From NCBI GenBank assembly GCA_031411135.1, contig JANOAN010000009.1, positions 7,175 through 71,174 of the forward strand: DNA of 64,000 bases, given 5' to 3'. Of the stretch, positions 9,313 to 18,856 are shown piece after piece. Source of the DNA: a bacterium (GTDB lineage: Bacteria; Patescibacteriota; Minisyncoccia; Phycocordibacterales; CAIZLB01). The notes beneath the pieces were generated by a model. The model did not search any database and was not told the origin of the DNA. It saw only the letters and a list, made by a program, of their open reading frames with translations. The position numbers and the translations under genes are program-made. Position 1 is the first letter of the stretch; each line of letters opens with the position of its first letter.

Positions 9313-10429
9313 GGGAAAGGCCTATTTTAAGAAGCTCTTTCGCAATGATGTGTGCTGCATCTTTTTTGGCGATTTTTTGAGTAGCAATTCGCATTCTATC
9401 GCTTATGTTTGGATTTTGAACAATTCGGTCAATTTCGTTAGCAATAATTTGCGGACTTAAGTTTGACTCTTCAATAACAACAGCGGCACCTTCACGGGCA
9501 TAATTGTAGGCATTTTTTCGCTGATGATCCCCATTTGAATTAGTGATTGGTACAATAATACTTGGAAGGCCCCAACATGCGATTTCAAAAATAGTTCCTC
9601 CACCTCTTGAAATTACTACCGAAGCACAGCCTGCGCTCATGCGAAGTGCGATAGTCGAAAGATAGTCAAACGGTCGATAACGTTCTTTGTGTGGGTGACC
9701 TTCAAGGGCAACGTCAGCAATGCCTTTAACACTCTCGATGTTGGCTTTTCCAACTTGATGAATCACTTGATATTTATTTAGTAAACCAGGTAGAGCATTC
9801 AAAATAGAATCATTGATAATTTGAGCTCCAGTTGAACCTCCCAAAATTAAAATAATGGGGACATTGGGTTCCAAATTTAAATATTCTAAAGCACCAGTGC
9901 TTAACACTTCACGAATTTCTTTTCGCACTGGTTGTCCTGTGTATGCCACTTTGTCTTTTGGAAAAAATTCTGCAGCTTCTTTAAATGAGACAGCTACTTT
10001 GTATGCAAATTTTCCTGCCCAAGCATTTACGCGACCAGGAACGCTGTCTGAATCATGAATGACCAACGGAATGCGCAAAATTCGGGCAGCCATATATGCT
10101 GGAAAACTTGAAAATGCCCCTTTCCCGAAAACCACATCTGGAAAAATAATAAACATTTTTATAAGTGCTACTACGCATCCCCATCCCATCTTGAAATAGT
10201 CAACAAAGTTTAGAATGGATTTATATAGGCGCTTCTTTCCCGCTGGAACTTTTTCAAATCGAATATCCAAGTCAAAAAGCTCTTTTTCATTGTATGGAGA
10301 GCCTGACATGAAATAAATATTCGGGTCCAGTATCTTCTCCTCTCGGGCGGTTTCCCTGATTGCTTCAGCCACGGCAATTAGAGGGTAAAAATGCCCGCCA
10401 CTTCCCCCTCCTGTCATCAAGATTTTCAT
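9299..10429 (-). CDS. murG: Undecaprenyl-PP-MurNAc-pentapeptide N-acetylglucosaminyltransferase
   Basis: MKILMTGGGSGGHFYPLIAVAEA N-terminus and glycosyltransferase family 28 architecture. Adjacent to ftsW. Confidence 0.9.
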   Translation of the reverse strand: MKILMTGGGSGGHFYPLIAVAEAIRETAREEKILDPNIYFMSGSPYNEKELFDLDIRFEKVPAGKKRLYKSILNFVDYFKMGWGCVVALIKMFIIFPDVVFGKGAFSSFPAYMAARILRIPLVIHDSDSVPGRVNAWAGKFAYKVAVSFKEAAEFFPKDKVAYTGQPVRKEIREVLSTGALEYLNLEPNVPIILILGGSTGAQIINDSILNALPGLLNKYQVIHQVGKANIESVKGIADVALEGHPHKERYRPFDYLSTIALRMSAGCASVVISRGGGTIFEIACWGLPSIIVPITNSNGDHQRKNAYNYAREGAAVVIEESNLSPQIIANEIDRIVQNPNISDRMRIATQKIAKKDAAHIIAKELLKIGLSHENE

Positions 10430-10438
10430 ATAAAGTTA

Positions 10439-11545
10439 TTATACTATTTTCTTCTGAAACCTCGAAATGTTAATAACTACCCCCACAGACGCCAGAGCAA
10501 AAAACAAAGCAGTACCTCCGTGGCTTATAAATAGTAGTGGTGTTCCAGACAATGGAATAATGGCAAGCATCGCTGCAATATTTAAAAAAGATTGAAGCGC
10601 AATCAACACAATAATTCCCACAGCAAGCAATGACCCGTACATTTCCGTCGAGCGTATGGCTACTTTGAATCCTTGGAAAGTAAAAAGAAGATAAAGAATT
10701 ATAATAGCGAAAGATCCAACGAATCCGAATTCTTCAGATGCTACAGCAAAAATCGAGTCCCCTATTGGCTCTGGTAAGAAATTAAACTTCTGAACACTTT
10801 GTCCAAAGCCTCGGCCGAACACCCCACCCGAACCGATTGCGATCAGTGATTGTTCAATTTGATAACTTGAACCCTGCGGATCTTTGGATGGATCAATAAA
10901 TGTTTTAACTCGCTCCATTAAATATGGCCGCATGAAAATCAAACAGATTAAACCAATGAGACCAACGACTCCGATACCAAAAACATGTAGCCATCTGCCA
11001 CCTGCTGCTATGAACATGGCAGTTCCAGCTGCAGCCACCACAATAAAAGTATCAGTATCTGGTTGCATTAAAATTAAACCAGCAGAAATTCCGAGCATAA
11101 TTAGAAACGGAACGGTACCGTGCTTGAAAGTATCCATTTTATTTTTAGCTGCCGTTAGTAAAGTTGCTAGATACATTACAAACCCTATCTTATAGAATTC
11201 TGCAGGCTGAAAGTTAAAGGATCCTATTGATATCCAACGACGTGCACCACCGTGAAAAAATCCTACACCCGGAATAAAAACTGCAAGCATGGCAAAAAAT
11301 GAAAATAAAAATACCCAGAAAGACATTTTACGCCACCAGCTGAAGTGAACTACAGATGCAACAAAGCACGCGATACTTCCCGCAAGAAGTCCTAATACCA
11401 ATTGATTAAACATTACAGAATAGTATTTGACTTCTCCATTATTATTAGCGAGAAGCCCGCTTGACGCCGAAAGGAAAATAAAAACTCCAAAAATAACAAG
11501 AACTAGAACAATAATGAAGAAAGGACGGTCGACTTTGCGGTGCAT
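10439..11545 (-). CDS. ftsW: SEDS-family peptidoglycan polymerase (FtsW/RodA); its position suggests FtsW
   Basis: 10 TM helices and the SEDS motif GARRWISIGSFNFQPAEFYK. Lies between mraY and murG. Confidence 0.8.
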   Translation of the reverse strand: MHRKVDRPFFIIVLVLVIFGVFIFLSASSGLLANNNGEVKYYSVMFNQLVLGLLAGSIACFVASVVHFSWWRKMSFWVFLFSFFAMLAVFIPGVGFFHGGARRWISIGSFNFQPAEFYKIGFVMYLATLLTAAKNKMDTFKHGTVPFLIMLGISAGLILMQPDTDTFIVVAAAGTAMFIAAGGRWLHVFGIGVVGLIGLICLIFMRPYLMERVKTFIDPSKDPQGSSYQIEQSLIAIGSGGVFGRGFGQSVQKFNFLPEPIGDSIFAVASEEFGFVGSFAIIILYLLFTFQGFKVAIRSTEMYGSLLAVGIIVLIALQSFLNIAAMLAIIPLSGTPLLFISHGGTALFFALASVGVVINISRFQKKIV

Positions 11546-11635
11546 AGACTGATTATAGCAAAGTTGTCTTTAAGTTGTAACTTTTATTTTATTTCCATAT
11601 GCAATCGAATTTAATATTAGAATTCTCACAACAGA

Positions 11636-11670
11636 AACACCCCGGCCGTCGCGTGGACAGCCGGGGTGGA
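11636..11670 (-). terminator. GC-rich hairpin terminator (ccccggc..gccgggg)
   Basis: Directly downstream of gene 11689..12270. Confidence 0.45.
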
Positions 11671-11688
11671 TTTCTTCTGCAAACATTG

Positions 11689-12270
11689 TCACTTTTTTGC
11701 AAGTAGAACGTGACGCTTTACATTTGTTGCTGAGCGGATCTTCTTTAGTCTTTGCTGAGCTACTTCAGATTCTCGGTTGATATGACGCCGTGAAAACTCA
11801 AAATCAAGACCTTTGAGCCAGGCTCTCTTCTCGAGCAAGGGTTTGATCCGGTGAATTACAATTTTCTGTACTTTTGAAATGGCATCTGCGAGTTTCAAAA
11901 GCACCTCGTGGGACTCTGTCTCCTCACACTTTTTCGCGAAGAAGTCGCAAAGGCGCCTGAAGACTTGTGTCTCATTGGAAATACAAGAGTCCTCATAGAC
12001 CTCTTGGCATGAATCCCACTCATTTACTAATTCTTCCAATCGAAGATCACGTTGACGTGCTTGCCAAGCTCTAAGAAAGCGGACTTGGGCCCTTACCTCT
12101 TGATATTCTTTGAAAAGTATTCCATCAGGGTTACCTCTTTCATTTGCTGTCCGCAAGCCAACCAACATAAGCGCTGTTGTGTAGCGGAGCCTTGTGACGA
12201 GGATTGGAACATCCGCAATATCTTGAGGTGGGGTAGTCCAGGAATACCGACGTTGAGATTTCTCTTCCAT
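11689..12270 (-). CDS. Hypothetical protein (GC-richer) occupying the slot where murD normally sits
   Basis: 193-aa basic protein with no motif recognised. Lies between mraY and ftsW. Visibly GC-richer than the flanking genes. Confidence 0.45.
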   Translation of the reverse strand: MEEKSQRRYSWTTPPQDIADVPILVTRLRYTTALMLVGLRTANERGNPDGILFKEYQEVRAQVRFLRAWQARQRDLRLEELVNEWDSCQEVYEDSCISNETQVFRRLCDFFAKKCEETESHEVLLKLADAISKVQKIVIHRIKPLLEKRAWLKGLDFEFSRRHINRESEVAQQRLKKIRSATNVKRHVLLAKK

Positions 12271-12378
12271 GTGTTTTATTGATGTACTTTGGATGCCGAT
12301 CGACCACGGATGTGATCAATTGTGTACAGCATCCTACTTAAATAGAATGCCACAAAATAGTAGATAAATCAATAGCAG

Positions 12379-13443
12379 CTAACTTATGAGTGCAATAATC
12401 GCCCCTAACAATCCACACACAATAGAGATAACCCAATATCTCATCGTTATTTTAGACTTTGGCCAACCCATCGCTTCAAAATGATGATGCAGCGGGGCAA
12501 TTTTAAAAACTTTATATCCAAAATATTTTTTTGAAATCATTTGAATAGAAGATGAAAGAGATGTTATAACCAGAGGGAAAGCCACTATAGGAAGTACGAG
12601 AACTTCATTTGTAAGAAATGCCACAACTGCAAGCGTTACTGTAATTCCAATCATTCCAGTCTCCCCCAAGTAAAACCTGGCCGGTGGAATGTTAAACCAC
12701 AAAAATGCGAGAATTCCTCCTGCAACAACTGCACAAAAGGCAGAGAGGTCAATCTGGTGATTTCCAAAAGCAATTACTGAATACGCAACAAACGCAGAAG
12801 ACATTACCCCAGCAGCTAGTCCATCAATTCCATCTATCACTGATCCTGAAAAAGTGGACATAACAACAAAAATAAAGAATGGAATAAACCACAAGCCCAG
12901 ATAAAGATCTCCGTCAAATGGAATATGTATTGAAAGATTTTCGAGCTTAAAATAAAACCACCACGCTCCGATTGCACCAATTAAAATAACCATAAGAGTA
13001 CGCATGGTGCGTGAAATTCCATCACTCATTTTTAATCCCTTTCCATAAATCTGGAGGAAGTCATCTACGAGTCCCATAATTGAGGCAAAGAGAAGAATTG
13101 CTAAAGGTAAAATAGTTTGGTTACGACTTAAAAAGTTCAACTTTTCAGCCATTGGACTATCAAATAAATAAGGTAGAACTGAAAACAGAAGGCTCACAAT
13201 GGCAACCGCAAGCCAGACAATCACCCCACCCACCCGAGGGGTCGAAGTTTCAGCGTCCTCATTGTGAATCTTCATGAAAGCCTTAGACATTTCTTCGGTG
13301 TTTTCGTTGCTACGTGAAGCCTTTTTCCACATCTTGTACTTGTACATGTAGCGTGTCAGAACTGGCGTAATCAAAATTCCCACGATGAAAGTTAAAAATG
13401 ACGGCAGGGTGATTTTGATTACGTTTATGATAAGGTCAGTCAT
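12379..13443 (-). CDS. mraY: Phospho-N-acetylmuramoyl-pentapeptide transferase
   Basis: MraY/WecA polytopic topology with conserved DD..D and the C-terminal ..HHHFE.. motif. Confidence 0.88.
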   Translation of the reverse strand: MTDLIINVIKITLPSFLTFIVGILITPVLTRYMYKYKMWKKASRSNENTEEMSKAFMKIHNEDAETSTPRVGGVIVWLAVAIVSLLFSVLPYLFDSPMAEKLNFLSRNQTILPLAILLFASIMGLVDDFLQIYGKGLKMSDGISRTMRTLMVILIGAIGAWWFYFKLENLSIHIPFDGDLYLGLWFIPFFIFVVMSTFSGSVIDGIDGLAAGVMSSAFVAYSVIAFGNHQIDLSAFCAVVAGGILAFLWFNIPPARFYLGETGMIGITVTLAVVAFLTNEVLVLPIVAFPLVITSLSSSIQMISKKYFGYKVFKIAPLHHHFEAMGWPKSKITMRYWVISIVCGLLGAIIALIS

Positions 13444-13549
13444 ATAATTTATTTATTTTTCTTTTTTGAAGTTGTTTCATCGTTGAATAACCAATAAACT
13501 GCTTCAAAAACAAAACTAAAGAAATCTAATGTTGCTGATAAAAAATGCA

Positions 13550-14104
13550 TCATGCAATTGTTTGATTATTTTGCTCCTTTTGATTTTTAAAAGTCTCGAT
13601 TTCAGCTTGCACTTTTTCAAAATCAGGAAGCTTGCCGACCTCTGTAATTCCAAGATGAGCAAGAAGTTCAAACGATGGCGAATACACAAAAGTCCTAGAA
13701 TCTTTTGGATCAGTTTTTTTATCCACTAACCCCCTAATTAAAAGATTTCGTAAAATAAAAGAAGAGTTTACACCTCGAATGTAATCAATATCACTTCGGC
13801 GAATTGGGGATTTATATAAAACAATTGAGAGAGTTTCGAGAGATGCCTTTCCTAATTCTGCAGATTCTTCTTCTTTTGTTATTTTTTTAATCAGTTCTGA
13901 AGATTCTGAATTAGTCGCGAGGTAAACCGTGTCTTCTTTTTTTATGAGGACGGTTCCCCTGTTTTCTAAACTTTTCTCCAGTTCAATTAACCCTTCGGAA
14001 ACTTTATCAACTTCAACAGAAAGCATTTTTGAAAGTTCTTTCAAAGAAACCGGTTCAGACTTCCAAAACAATAGGGCTTCAATTTGATTAGATAGATTTG
14101 TCAT
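13550..14104 (-). CDS. scpB: Segregation and condensation protein B
   Basis: ScpB winged-helix pattern (IEALLFWKSEPVSLKEL ...). Immediately downstream of scpA. Confidence 0.8.
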   Translation of the reverse strand: MTNLSNQIEALLFWKSEPVSLKELSKMLSVEVDKVSEGLIELEKSLENRGTVLIKKEDTVYLATNSESSELIKKITKEEESAELGKASLETLSIVLYKSPIRRSDIDYIRGVNSSFILRNLLIRGLVDKKTDPKDSRTFVYSPSFELLAHLGITEVGKLPDFEKVQAEIETFKNQKEQNNQTIA

Positions 14105-14107
14105 ATA

Positions 14108-14851
14108 TTAAGTGTAGCTTGGAGTTCCTATACTATAGCTCTCCATTTCGATTTCATCAAACAGTCCCTCCTGGCGTGCGTCCACAGTCCCCTGTTTAAC
14201 AAGTTCAAGGAGGGCAAGAAAACTGACAATCACATTCACTTTCTCAACCTTCCCTTTACCACTGAAATCTGAGAAAGACATTTTAATGGCTGATTTAATA
14301 CGCACAGTGAGACTATCCATCATTTCTTCGAGACTGACTACTTTTTGAACTTTTAACTTTGGAAGTGGCACTTCGGCTTTTGGAAGACTATTTAGGACAC
14401 GAGCGATTGCTTCAGAAATGTTATTAAGTTTTACATCCTCTCCTGGGTTGAAGAATACTTCCCTTTCTGGAGAATTTTCTTGGAAAAATAGAACGTTATT
14501 GCCAAATATTTTTTTGATTTCATTTGATTGGCGACGCATCACTTCTAATTCTCGCAGTCGAAGTTCTAAGTCTTCAATACTTCCATTTTCATCTTCAGTT
14601 AATGGCAAATTTGGAAGTAAAGACTTTGCTTTTATAAGTAGCAACGTAGACGCAATTAAAATAAATTGGGTGCGATCACCCATGGAATATTCTGGCAATT
14701 TGTTGATGTGGTTAATGTATTCGTCAGTTACAGATGCGAGAGAAATATCGCTGATGAAAAGCTTTCTCTTCTCCACCAATGATAACAACAAATCCAAAGG
14801 TCCTTCGAAGACTTCAGTTTTAATTTTGAATTCGGGAAGGGTGGCGTTCAT
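14108..14851 (-). CDS. scpA: Segregation and condensation protein A (kleisin)
   Basis: FEGPLDLLLSLVEKRKLFISDISLASVTDEY N-terminal ScpA motif. Confidence 0.8.
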   Translation of the reverse strand: MNATLPEFKIKTEVFEGPLDLLLSLVEKRKLFISDISLASVTDEYINHINKLPEYSMGDRTQFILIASTLLLIKAKSLLPNLPLTEDENGSIEDLELRLRELEVMRRQSNEIKKIFGNNVLFFQENSPEREVFFNPGEDVKLNNISEAIARVLNSLPKAEVPLPKLKVQKVVSLEEMMDSLTVRIKSAIKMSFSDFSGKGKVEKVNVIVSFLALLELVKQGTVDARQEGLFDEIEMESYSIGTPSYT

Positions 14852-14854
14852 TTA

Positions 14855-16186
14855 TTACTCAGATAATCTTTTATCGATTCGATTAATGTCACGTGGGAAA
14901 AGCGTTGCTTCCTTCACGTTCTGTAGCCCTAAAAATTTTGCAGTAAGTCTTTCAAGGCCCATTCCCCATCCTCCGTGTGGCGGCATGCCGTATTTGAACG
15001 CCTGAAGGTAAAATGAAAAAAGATCGGGATTTAACTTCTTATTATTAAGTCCTTCAATTAGACTGTCGTAATCGTGACGTCTTTGACCTCCTGTAGTAAT
15101 TTCCACTCCTCTAAACAGCAAGTCAAAGCTCTTGGTAAAACCCTTATCGTTTTCATCTTCGTAAATGTAGAAAGGCCTTTTTGAAACTGGATAATGTGTG
15201 ACAAAACAAAAATCAGAATTGTGTTCTTGCTTTGACCACTCACACAACCAGCGTTCATCTTCCGGTTCCAAATCAGGTTCGTGCTGTTTGTCTTTACCAG
15301 TTTTTTCAAAAATTAATTTCTGTGCCTCACGTAATTTTAGTCGAGGAATAGATTCAGGTACATTAGGAATTTCTGCTCCTAATAATTTAAATTCATTCTC
15401 ACAATTTTTCTTAAGGTGCTCACAAATATAAGCCATCACTTTATTTTCCAAGTCCATAATATCAGTATGGTCTTTAATAAAACCAAACTCGACATCCATA
15501 GAAGTGTACTCACTCAAATGGCGGCTAGTGCTGTGTTTTTCAGCACGGTACACGTTACCAATTGAAAAGACTCTCTCGAGTGCTCCAACCATGATCTGTT
15601 TATATAATTGAGGGCTTGTCGCAAGGCTGGCCTTTTGATCGTAAAGATATTTCACTTCAAAAACTTCTGCGCCTCCCTCCGCATCGTTTCCAACAAGCTT
15701 CGGCGCTTGAAATTCGGTAAAACCTTCGCTGTTTAAAAATTCTCGATAAGCTTTAGCAATTTCAGCTTGTACTTTGAAAATCGCTTGGCTTTTATCGCTT
15801 CTTAATGTGAATGGAAGATAGTCAAGATATGTATCCAAGTTAACATCCGAACCCAATTCAAAAGGAAGTTCTTGCGCACTGCTTAAAATTTCCATACTTA
15901 GAATCTCCAATTCAATATCTCCATTCTGCTTTTCAGCCTGAATATTTTTTGGAGGTCGAGCGTTAACTTTTCCTAAAACTTCAACAACCCATTCAGAACG
16001 AACTTTTTCTGCAACCTCTTTTGCAGTCGATCCAGGTAAAACTACCCCCTGTACCTTTCCTGTCATATCTCGAAAATCAAAAAAAATCATTTTTCCTTGA
16101 TCTCGTCGAACATCAATCCAACCTTTAATAGTAACTTCCTGTCCTGCTTGAGCCTTTAAATCCTTGATAAATACGCGGTTTTTCAT
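14855..16186 (-). CDS. Class IIb aspartyl/asparaginyl-tRNA ligase (archaeal/eukaryal-type AspRS-like, or AsnRS)
   Basis: N-terminal OB fold, motif 2 FRAEKHSTSRHLSEY, motif 3 GGWGMGLERL, and the FPRD tail. Asp versus Asn specificity cannot be decided from sequence alone. Confidence 0.75.
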   Translation of the reverse strand: MKNRVFIKDLKAQAGQEVTIKGWIDVRRDQGKMIFFDFRDMTGKVQGVVLPGSTAKEVAEKVRSEWVVEVLGKVNARPPKNIQAEKQNGDIELEILSMEILSSAQELPFELGSDVNLDTYLDYLPFTLRSDKSQAIFKVQAEIAKAYREFLNSEGFTEFQAPKLVGNDAEGGAEVFEVKYLYDQKASLATSPQLYKQIMVGALERVFSIGNVYRAEKHSTSRHLSEYTSMDVEFGFIKDHTDIMDLENKVMAYICEHLKKNCENEFKLLGAEIPNVPESIPRLKLREAQKLIFEKTGKDKQHEPDLEPEDERWLCEWSKQEHNSDFCFVTHYPVSKRPFYIYEDENDKGFTKSFDLLFRGVEITTGGQRRHDYDSLIEGLNNKKLNPDLFSFYLQAFKYGMPPHGGWGMGLERLTAKFLGLQNVKEATLFPRDINRIDKRLSE

Positions 16187-16314
16187 AGGGGTTAGTTTAG
16201 CAAAAATAAGCTTTTTTTGAAAGACATTGGATAATTATACATATTTATTGTACCATTTTCACACCCTGACATAGTGTCAGAAGAGTACACAACCCTCAAC
16301 AAGGAACCATACCA

Positions 16315-16758
16315 ATGAACCTTCCGATACATAAACGCCCCGATGGCTTGCCAATTCGAATCATCCTTTGCTCAGCTTTCGGAGCGACGGGGGGCCTCCA
16401 CCTTTGCGAAACAACACTTCGAGAAACCTTCAAGATCAGCACTCGAAAAGGTTTCTGCGTCGTTAAGCAACTTGCTGAGATGCCCAACATCTTGCGGACA
16501 GACATAACGCAGGCCGTGGTCGTCTTCTCCAACGACAAAAGACTTATCCATGAACAGATTGCCAACCTAAAAAAATGGGTTGCGGAATGGAAAGCAAAAA
16601 ACCCCAAACTCTTCGCCGTCCTTTATAGCCGACACACGCCGGAAGAACAGGATACTTTTGATGGGTACATTGTGTGGTCAGATCTTAAGGTGCCGGATAT
16701 CCACGCAAAGTTTCGTGAGTTCTTCACCCCTGTGCTCGGTGAACCTCCCAAGTCGTAA
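16315..16758 (+). CDS. Hypothetical protein (GC-richer)
   Basis: 147-aa ORF. It ends exactly at the start of the repeated terminator module. Confidence 0.4.
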   Translation: MNLPIHKRPDGLPIRIILCSAFGATGGLHLCETTLRETFKISTRKGFCVVKQLAEMPNILRTDITQAVVVFSNDKRLIHEQIANLKKWVAEWKAKNPKLFAVLYSRHTPEEQDTFDGYIVWSDLKVPDIHAKFREFFTPVLGEPPKS

Positions 16759-16763
16759 GTCCC

Positions 16764-16821
16764 AACCCCGCCCCATTCACCAGATCCCCGCTCTCGGTCG
16801 AAGGAGCGGGGTTTTGAGTTT
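16764..16821 (+). repeat. ~57-bp 3'UTR/terminator module, copy 1 (..cccgctctcggtcgaaggagcggggttttgagttt)
   Basis: About 95% identical to 17588..17643. Contains a hairpin cccgctc..gagcggg followed by a T-run. Confidence 0.7.
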
Positions 16822-16940
16822 GGTATTTAATGTGTTATAAAAACACAAACAAACCGCTCTTTTAATCCAGTGTGCAATTCCGCATACTTGCTTTTCCGAG
16901 CATCCACGAAACCATCCACCGCCCGAAACCCTTCTAACTT

Positions 16941-17585
16941 ATGAACTCACCGATTGAACCGCCTAACCAACCCTTCTTTATCGTCCCGGCTGATGTAAAC
17001 TTCATCGAAAGATGGATAGAGCCTGCTGCCCAAAAAATCCAGAGATTCGTAGGGCTAGACTGTTTCTTTTGGGGAACAATTGCTTTCTGGATTTCTTTGA
17101 TCTTCGCTGTCGTAAACATACTCCTGTTTTCTGTCACGATAGCAGTCTCCCTTCATACAGGTAAATTCTCCAACGTGCTACTCGGTGGGCTGTGCCTCTG
17201 GGTTTTGATCACTCTGAGAAAACACACGTGGCACAATCTAACCTGTCACGACTGCGGAATAAGAGCACAGCGAAAATTGGCTTACGAAATGCTGGTCGAT
17301 GGATATAAAAATCCGTTCCTGTTTCAACCTCGGAACTTGCTACTTACAGCATTATTAATGATCTTGATTACGATCACTGAGATAGGATTTCCATGGCAGA
17401 CAATCCTGGTGATAGCTCTGTTCAAAGCACCGTTCGTCGCCGGCTACATTGGTCAAGCATTGTGCTCCTGCACACCATTACCACCAGGAAAGAGCAAGCT
17501 GCGTCAAGCATGGGAAGCAGGAAAACTGTGGTTGGCTTCAGCTACCGCACCTGCTACCCCAATGCCCGAGCCTAATGGCGCCTAA
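16941..17585 (+). CDS. Hypothetical polytopic membrane protein (GC-richer)
   Basis: 214-aa ORF with several TM helices. Ends exactly at repeat copy 2. Confidence 0.45.
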   Translation: MNSPIEPPNQPFFIVPADVNFIERWIEPAAQKIQRFVGLDCFFWGTIAFWISLIFAVVNILLFSVTIAVSLHTGKFSNVLLGGLCLWVLITLRKHTWHNLTCHDCGIRAQRKLAYEMLVDGYKNPFLFQPRNLLLTALLMILITITEIGFPWQTILVIALFKAPFVAGYIGQALCSCTPLPPGKSKLRQAWEAGKLWLASATAPATPMPEPNGA

Positions 17586-17587
17586 CC

Positions 17588-17643
17588 ACCCCGCCCCATT
17601 CACCAGAGCCCCGCTCTCGGTCGAAGGAGCGGGGTTTTGAGTT
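17588..17643 (+). repeat. ~57-bp 3'UTR/terminator module, copy 2
   Basis: Direct repeat of 16764..16821 with 2–3 mismatches. Confidence 0.7.
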
Positions 17644-17644
17644 T

Positions 17645-17836
17645 TTATAACCCCAGCGACTGCATCTGACTAAAATTCGAAAGGAAGCTTGGTATAGCAA
17701 ATAGCAAACCAATCGCTGGTAAGACCACAGCTAGCACACTGATAATAAAAGCCCATTTTATATACTTTCTAGTTTTTTCTACCGATGCGTAAATTGCGTT
17801 AATTTTTTCTTCAAGTGATTTTAAAGTTGGTTCCAT
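17645..17836 (-). CDS. Small membrane protein (hypothetical). Last gene of the Ddl/ATP-grasp operon.
   Basis: 63-aa ORF with one TM helix. Confidence 0.3.
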   Translation of the reverse strand: MEPTLKSLEEKINAIYASVEKTRKYIKWAFIISVLAVVLPAIGLLFAIPSFLSNFSQMQSLGL

Positions 17837-17848
17837 GTATACATTATA

Positions 17849-18856
17849 TCAGCTTGAAAATGAATTTGAAATAAATTCTGCCATCGATATCCCGGCTGCT
17901 TTTAATTCTTTTGGAAATAGAGAGTTTTCCATAAGCCCTGGGAACGTATTTATTTCTAAGACATAAATTTTTTCATGCGAAACAATGAAGTCTACCCTGG
18001 CATGCGATTCAATTTTAAAGATTCTAACGATAGTTTTAATAATGTCATGTACTTTTTCTAAAACATCTGCACTTAAGGTCAGCGCAGGACAAATTTCCTG
18101 AGTATCTGCATCATCATATTTAGCTTTATAGTCAAAGAAATCTCTTTTTGTAATAATTTCTACTGGTGGAAGAATCCTCAGTTCATTTTTATTCTTTATA
18201 AAACCAATTGTGTATTCCCTACCTTGAATAAACTCTTCACACAATACCTGATCTGAAAAATAGGAAACATTATCTATTCCCCCGGGGAGATCTTCAATTT
18301 TTGTACAAACTGTACATCCTCGGCTAGCCCCACAGGTAACGGGTTTAATAATGATTTTTTTGTTGCATTCCTTGAAAAAAGATTCGAGAGTCTCTAATTT
18401 TTTTTGATTACTTAAATCTAAAACCATACCTTTTGGCACCCTTATTCCTGATGAAGCCATCATCTGTTTAGTCCAGTTTTTATCAAAACAAAGTGCTGAA
18501 CTTGAAAATGGGGTCGAGAGAATTTTGATTCCTCCCAAAGCACACAGGGCAGGCAAAATTCCATCTTCTCCGAGAAAATTGTATATAGAAATAATGGCAT
18601 TATTCCCAAGCTTTTTTAATGAATCAATTGACAAATCCTTTAGATCCTTCAGTGAAAGTGTTTTTGGATGATTTATAATTTCTCTAATCAATTCTGGATT
18701 TTGTAAATTAGACTTTTTATCATCTGTCACAAGGCTGTCTACTAGAACAATATTGGCCTTGTAATCTTCAGGAAGGTTATTAAGAAGATTTAAAGTAGTT
18801 GCAATCGAGCCGCTGCTCGTATTTAGGCAAGTTGAAGTAAAAATTATTATTTTCAT
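17849..18856 (-). CDS. ddl: D-alanine–D-alanine ligase family ATP-grasp enzyme
   Basis: N-domain GEDGILPALCALGGIKILSTPFSSSALCFDKNWTKQ matches Ddl GEDG..QG.LE..IPYVGS...SA..MDK..TK. C-domain has EFIQGREYTIG ... FFDYKAKYDD ... ARVDFIV ... LEINTFPGL. Confidence 0.7.
   Translation of the reverse strand: MKIIIFTSTCLNTSSGSIATTLNLLNNLPEDYKANIVLVDSLVTDDKKSNLQNPELIREIINHPKTLSLKDLKDLSIDSLKKLGNNAIISIYNFLGEDGILPALCALGGIKILSTPFSSSALCFDKNWTKQMMASSGIRVPKGMVLDLSNQKKLETLESFFKECNKKIIIKPVTCGASRGCTVCTKIEDLPGGIDNVSYFSDQVLCEEFIQGREYTIGFIKNKNELRILPPVEIITKRDFFDYKAKYDDADTQEICPALTLSADVLEKVHDIIKTIVRIFKIESHARVDFIVSHEKIYVLEINTFPGLMENSLFPKELKAAGISMAEFISNSFSS

Noticed and set aside
16296-16607. 103-aa minus-strand ORF overlapping gene 16315..16758
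   Set aside because: Antisense to a plus-strand ORF that has a proper terminator. It is compositionally Cys/Arg-rich, typical of an antisense artefact in GC-rich DNA.
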